Source of the DNA: a virus
Taxonomy: Duplodnaviria; Caudoviricetes
Reading direction: 5' to 3' (one strand)
DNA: 27,896 nucleotides
Virus record (IMG/VR): IMGVR_UViG_3300032081_000130
Coordinates: 1-27,896 of that record
Shown here: piece by piece, positions 24,308 to 27,896 of the stretch
Layout: every line of letters begins with the position of its first letter
How positions within the stretch are numbered: the first letter of the stretch is position 1
Made by a program: the position numbers and the translations under genes
The notes under the pieces: model-generated
Seen by the model: the letters and a program-made list of their open reading frames with translations, nothing else
Database searches by the model: none
What the model was told of the DNA's origin: nothing

Positions 24308-25561
24308 TTACAGTTTGCTGCTGTCTAAGTGGACAGTGCTGCCTACACTTGGTTGCGTGCGTTTGTTATCCAAGATCAACCACAGTAAGGGACTGTTCCA
24401 TCGCCCCCAGTCACCACCCAAGTATCCGTCCGTGAACACGATAACTGCTTGTGGGTTGATGCCGTTCTCTTGAATGTATCGAGTCACACAGGTGACATCC
24501 GTACCACCGCCGCCTTCTGGCTTGGTTGACTTGCGTAAGTCTGCGATCTCATGCTGCTCGTAGACTTCTTCACGGCACACCTGCGTATCCCAGTAAAGCA
24601 CTCGTATCTTCTTAGGCTTCACTGTCTCACAGATGTGCGCGACCTCGGATAGAAACACGGTCAACTCTCTCTGCCCGATAGACCCTGACGTATCGCACGC
24701 AAGCACCAGTTCATCAACGGTCTCGGTGATGCCGCTCGGCATGTACACACCCGCCCCGATGTATCTTCGGTTTGGACGTTTCCATGTGGAGTAGTCACTG
24801 CCTTTACATGTGTCGTTAACGAACTCACGCAATACATCTCGCCAGTTGACCTGCGGAGCCAGCAGTTCATCTATTGATCTGTTACCACCTGACCCCATCT
24901 TGCCTGCGGCGAGCACACCCTGACGTAGTGCTTCGTCAATCTCGCGCTCGTTCTTGCGCTGCTCTTCTGCGGGTATCTCTTGTGCGCCTTCCCAGTCGTG
25001 CTCGTCAAAGCCTTGTGGTAACTCGTTACTAGGTTGACCATTTGTTGGGGAGTCGTTTGGGCTTGATACGTTCCCAGTACCTTTACCATCTTCTTGCAGT
25101 GCTTTGAAGATAGCAGCCGAGTCCATCCACCCGCCCTTGATCCTGTACTTCTCGTCATACAGCCCAATGATCTTGCCCTCATCATCGACGGGCATCGTGG
25201 CGAACTTGTCTGGCTTGTTCTCGTCTACCAACTTTCCGTTGATGTTGTAGTCACAAGCAGCATTAGCCAGTGGCCCGTCCTTGTCATACATCCACCGCCA
25301 TGTGGTCAGGTGTTTGTATATCTTGTGATACAACTCATGCAGCAGAACAAAACGTAGCTCTGCATCGGTCAGCGATTGTGCAAACGCACGCCCGAACTTT
25401 ATGTCGATGCCGTTTGTCTGAGCGGTTGGTATGTCTTCAACCACTTCGATCTTACCCAGCATCAGCGCACCAGCAGCCCACATGTATCGGTCATGCCGCA
25501 TGATGTCCACAACACACTTCTGTAGGCGCTGTTCTTCCGTTAGTTTTGTTGCTAGTAACAT
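24308..25561 (-). CDS. Metallopeptidase-VWA protein (DUF2201-like)
   Basis: IPTAQTNG, LLHELYH (HExxH), ANAACD..IN; VWA MIDAS DTSGS, GGGT, FTDG. Confidence 0.9.
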   Translation of the reverse strand: MLLATKLTEEQRLQKCVVDIMRHDRYMWAAGALMLGKIEVVEDIPTAQTNGIDIKFGRAFAQSLTDAELRFVLLHELYHKIYKHLTTWRWMYDKDGPLANAACDYNINGKLVDENKPDKFATMPVDDEGKIIGLYDEKYRIKGGWMDSAAIFKALQEDGKGTGNVSSPNDSPTNGQPSNELPQGFDEHDWEGAQEIPAEEQRKNEREIDEALRQGVLAAGKMGSGGNRSIDELLAPQVNWRDVLREFVNDTCKGSDYSTWKRPNRRYIGAGVYMPSGITETVDELVLACDTSGSIGQRELTVFLSEVAHICETVKPKKIRVLYWDTQVCREEVYEQHEIADLRKSTKPEGGGGTDVTCVTRYIQENGINPQAVIVFTDGYLGGDWGRWNSPLLWLILDNKRTQPSVGSTVHLDSSKL

Positions 25562-25567
25562 GTTACT
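25554..25567. promoter_or_regulatory. 14-bp palindrome AGTAACATGTTACT (variant copy, shared core TAACATGTTA)
   Basis: Perfect palindrome centred on the VWA gene ATG and the upstream stop. Confidence 0.4.
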
Positions 25568-25823
25568 CCACCCTCCATATTTGTATTGCTGAGTTTTCTA
25601 CGTTGCGCCTTACCGTTACCTTTTGATTAGCCCTTTTTGCTATGGCAGTTAGGGAGCTAGCGCGACTGCTTATTCCTCTGCCGCTCTCATTTTTTCTGTC
25701 CAAATCAAATACAACGGAGTCGCCTACTTCCCACATCTCCACAAGATCATATAAATCTTGATGTTTTATACGGGGGCCAACACCACGTTGAGGTAACGGT
25801 GCGTTCTTTATTATTTTTATCAT
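25563..25823 (-). CDS. Small conserved phage protein (VGDS.VF...IWR type)
   Basis: Start re-assigned to MIKIIKNAPLP (86 aa), just after the AAA stop; WEVGDSVVF...IQIWRV. Confidence 0.7.
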   Translation of the reverse strand: MIKIIKNAPLPQRGVGPRIKHQDLYDLVEMWEVGDSVVFDLDRKNESGRGISSRASSLTAIAKRANQKVTVRRNVENSAIQIWRVE

Positions 25824-25827
25824 CTGC

Positions 25828-26940
25828 TTACACCTTGTCCGCTGCGAACATGTATGAATTCTGCATGGCCCACTCGCCATACTTGGCATCTTGCACCACG
25901 GCCTCGCGTCGTTTGTGATCGAACTTCTCAGCACGAATACCGTTGACGAACAGACCTTGTGCTTCCTTATCAAGACGCGATAGGTACGTCATCCATGCCG
26001 GAACCCAAGACCTTTCGATAGAGCCAAGCGTTCTGAACACCACCATGCACATAGCCGATGGAGTCTTGGGTATCATCGCCGTGTCTGGATTCTGTTTGAT
26101 CGACTCCAACGTGGGCAGATCGTTTGCCAGCTTGACGAATGCCATCATGTCCATCGCGGCCTGCTCACCGATGATGCCCATGAGCAAACCCGTTATGACA
26201 TGGGGGGTTAGCTGTTCGCGTTTCTTGACGATGTGACTCGCCTTCTCCAATGATCGGGGTGTCACAAACGCAGTCCGTTCTTTGGCACTGGGGTGGTAGA
26301 TGTATGGATTGTCGCGTGGGTCAGGCACCTCATCAAATGTCTGAAACAACTGCGGGGTCTCTTTGACCCAACCCAGCAGGATAGGATCGACACCGTTGTT
26401 CAGCCCCCACTCTATCCACTCCATGTTAGTGGGCTTGCGTACTCGCATCCGCACTATCCGATTACACGCATGTGCTGGTAACAAGTCACCCACACCTTCG
26501 GCACCTAGGTTAGTCGTCGCAAAGACAATTGAGTCAGGGTGCAGCTTGCGTCCTGCTAGCATCCGTTCTTGTATCAAACCCAGCAGTGCCAGCTTGACCG
26601 ATGGGTTGGCTTTACCGAACTCGTCAAGACACAACACAACTGGCTCATTGAGATGCAGCCCCAGTTCTTCGTTGGTTGCGAATGTCACGGATGACACCTC
26701 ATCGTTGAGCTTGATGTTGGGGATCATCAGATCACCCAAGTCCTTGGTAGTGCAGTCGAACAAGATATGTCGGTGCTTCGGGAACTTCTGCATTAACATC
26801 TTTAGGATAGATGTCTTGCCTGTACCCATGTGCCCCTCGGCTAAGTACACAATCCCACCGTCCTGTTCTCTACCAGTTTCGGCAATGGCTTCTGCGGATT
26901 CGTCCAGCGATACCGCGTACATGTTTAGAGCTTGGCTCAT
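25828..26940 (-). CDS. MoxR-type AAA+ ATPase
   Basis: Walker A GHMGTGKT, Walker B LCLDE, sensor-1 ATTN, NR finger, TPRS; SD AAGGAGA; upstream of a VWA gene. Confidence 0.9.
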   Translation of the reverse strand: MSQALNMYAVSLDESAEAIAETGREQDGGIVYLAEGHMGTGKTSILKMLMQKFPKHRHILFDCTTKDLGDLMIPNIKLNDEVSSVTFATNEELGLHLNEPVVLCLDEFGKANPSVKLALLGLIQERMLAGRKLHPDSIVFATTNLGAEGVGDLLPAHACNRIVRMRVRKPTNMEWIEWGLNNGVDPILLGWVKETPQLFQTFDEVPDPRDNPYIYHPSAKERTAFVTPRSLEKASHIVKKREQLTPHVITGLLMGIIGEQAAMDMMAFVKLANDLPTLESIKQNPDTAMIPKTPSAMCMVVFRTLGSIERSWVPAWMTYLSRLDKEAQGLFVNGIRAEKFDHKRREAVVQDAKYGEWAMQNSYMFAADKV

Positions 26941-26961
26941 TATGGTCTCCTTAGTTTCTTG

Positions 26962-27870
26962 TTAGATTTCCAATGATGGAAGGTTATCAATGACGTTCTG
27001 TGTCATGGATTTGGTTTGCGCTCTCAGGTACGGACTGTCTCTGAGTGCTTCGGGTGTGACGCGCAGCAGTTCATTTTCTAGCCTGTCACACAACGCGCTA
27101 ATCTGAGTGTTACCAATGACGTTACATGACCTAACCAGTTTGGTTGCGTCGAGTACGTTACTGATAAGCGTGTTACGGAAGATGGCCTGTTCCCCGTCAG
27201 GCGTTTCACCTAGCCGATCAACCATCTTTCCTAGATAGTCTTTCAGTTCACCCAGCACCCTGTTCATGCCAGTGGCGTAGGTTTCTTGGATGAATTTGTC
27301 GTAGCCTTCTTTGGCGACCTGCAATGCCTGAGTACCTATGTCCACTCTGAAATCGTCACCTGAAGGTACGGGATGTGTCAGCACTTCCAGTGAGAACTTA
27401 TCCTGTAGTACCGATCTGTCTGGGTATTCGTGAGCACGAAACATATCGCCAAGCACTGCTTGCTGCTCGGACACATAGAAGTCATACGAGTCTAGGAACT
27501 CATGGACTTTCTTATCGAACATCTGCTTTTTGGCAGTCACTTTGTTTATGTAGTCTGGGTACACTGCTTGAGGGCAGAGGCGTGGGCCGCGATCTATCCA
27601 CGGCATGGTAGTGCGATAGTGAATGTGGTTGCGGGTCTCACCAATGATTGACTTGATGCTTGCGAGTAACTTGTTACCAGCGAACAGATTCTTGGTGTAT
27701 GTCCCCGCCTGAGACTCGGCATTGTTGTCGTGAGCGACCTGCTGCGAGATGTCCTCGTCAGTCACCTTACCGTCCCAACAAGACGTTTTTAATTCGACCA
27801 GCACCGCAGCACTGGAGATAGAGGGTACGTTGATCTCAGAGAGACTCGGTAGCTCTGTCTGTTCTAACAT
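26962..27870 (-). CDS. Conserved phage early protein (possibly DUF3150-like); may start beyond the window
   Basis: 302+ aa; ISSAAVLVEL...W.G...D, G.Y.K.L, PW...G.R, YP. The frame stays open upstream of 27870 to the window edge (..ISEPTGSN-M). Confidence 0.7.
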   Translation of the reverse strand: MLEQTELPSLSEINVPSISSAAVLVELKTSCWDGKVTDEDISQQVAHDNNAESQAGTYTKNLFAGNKLLASIKSIIGETRNHIHYRTTMPWIDRGPRLCPQAVYPDYINKVTAKKQMFDKKVHEFLDSYDFYVSEQQAVLGDMFRAHEYPDRSVLQDKFSLEVLTHPVPSGDDFRVDIGTQALQVAKEGYDKFIQETYATGMNRVLGELKDYLGKMVDRLGETPDGEQAIFRNTLISNVLDATKLVRSCNVIGNTQISALCDRLENELLRVTPEALRDSPYLRAQTKSMTQNVIDNLPSLEI

Positions 27871-27878
27871 GTTAGAAC
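27861..27878. promoter_or_regulatory. 18-bp perfect palindrome GTTCTAACATGTTAGAAC (copy 3)
   Basis: Identical to copy 2; centred on the listed ATG of 26962..27870. Confidence 0.75.
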
Positions 27879-27896
27879 CTGTTGGTTCAGAGATGT

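Noticed and set aside
11187-27611. Numerous short + strand ORFs over the replication arm
   Set aside because: They lie antisense to well-supported, tightly coupled minus-strand genes and have no recognisable motifs

Overview
The window is an internal segment of a dsDNA tailed-phage (Caudoviricetes) genome. It has two convergent arms that meet at about 11.3 kb. The + arm (1-11272) encodes putative virion/ejection proteins: an N-terminally truncated acidic repeat protein (PE, DDTV and thrombospondin type-3-like repeats), three small-to-medium internal-virion-like proteins, and a 1987-aa polyvalent-type protein with an HExxH metallopeptidase and a PLxRFG-like motif. The - arm (11363-27896) is a replication/early module: primase-helicase, two SSB-like genes, HTH proteins, SNF2 helicase, HNH-like protein, Cas4-like exonuclease, family A DNA polymerase (Leu762 type), DUF3310-like protein, VRR-NUC nuclease, and a MoxR AAA+ / metallopeptidase-VWA pair. 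The most unusual signals look like a transcription/translation control layer. (i) A stand-alone RNA polymerase alpha-CTD homologue with altered DNA- and sigma-contact residues is coupled to the helicase gene. (ii) An 18-bp perfect palindrome GTTCTAACATGTTAGAAC occurs three times (plus one variant) at gene starts or boundaries on the early arm only. (iii) Three intergenic regions fold into candidate structured RNAs: a two-hairpin anti-Shine-Dalgarno sRNA, a three-way junction, and a pseudoknot/terminator. All family calls come from motif recognition by eye; no database searches were run.
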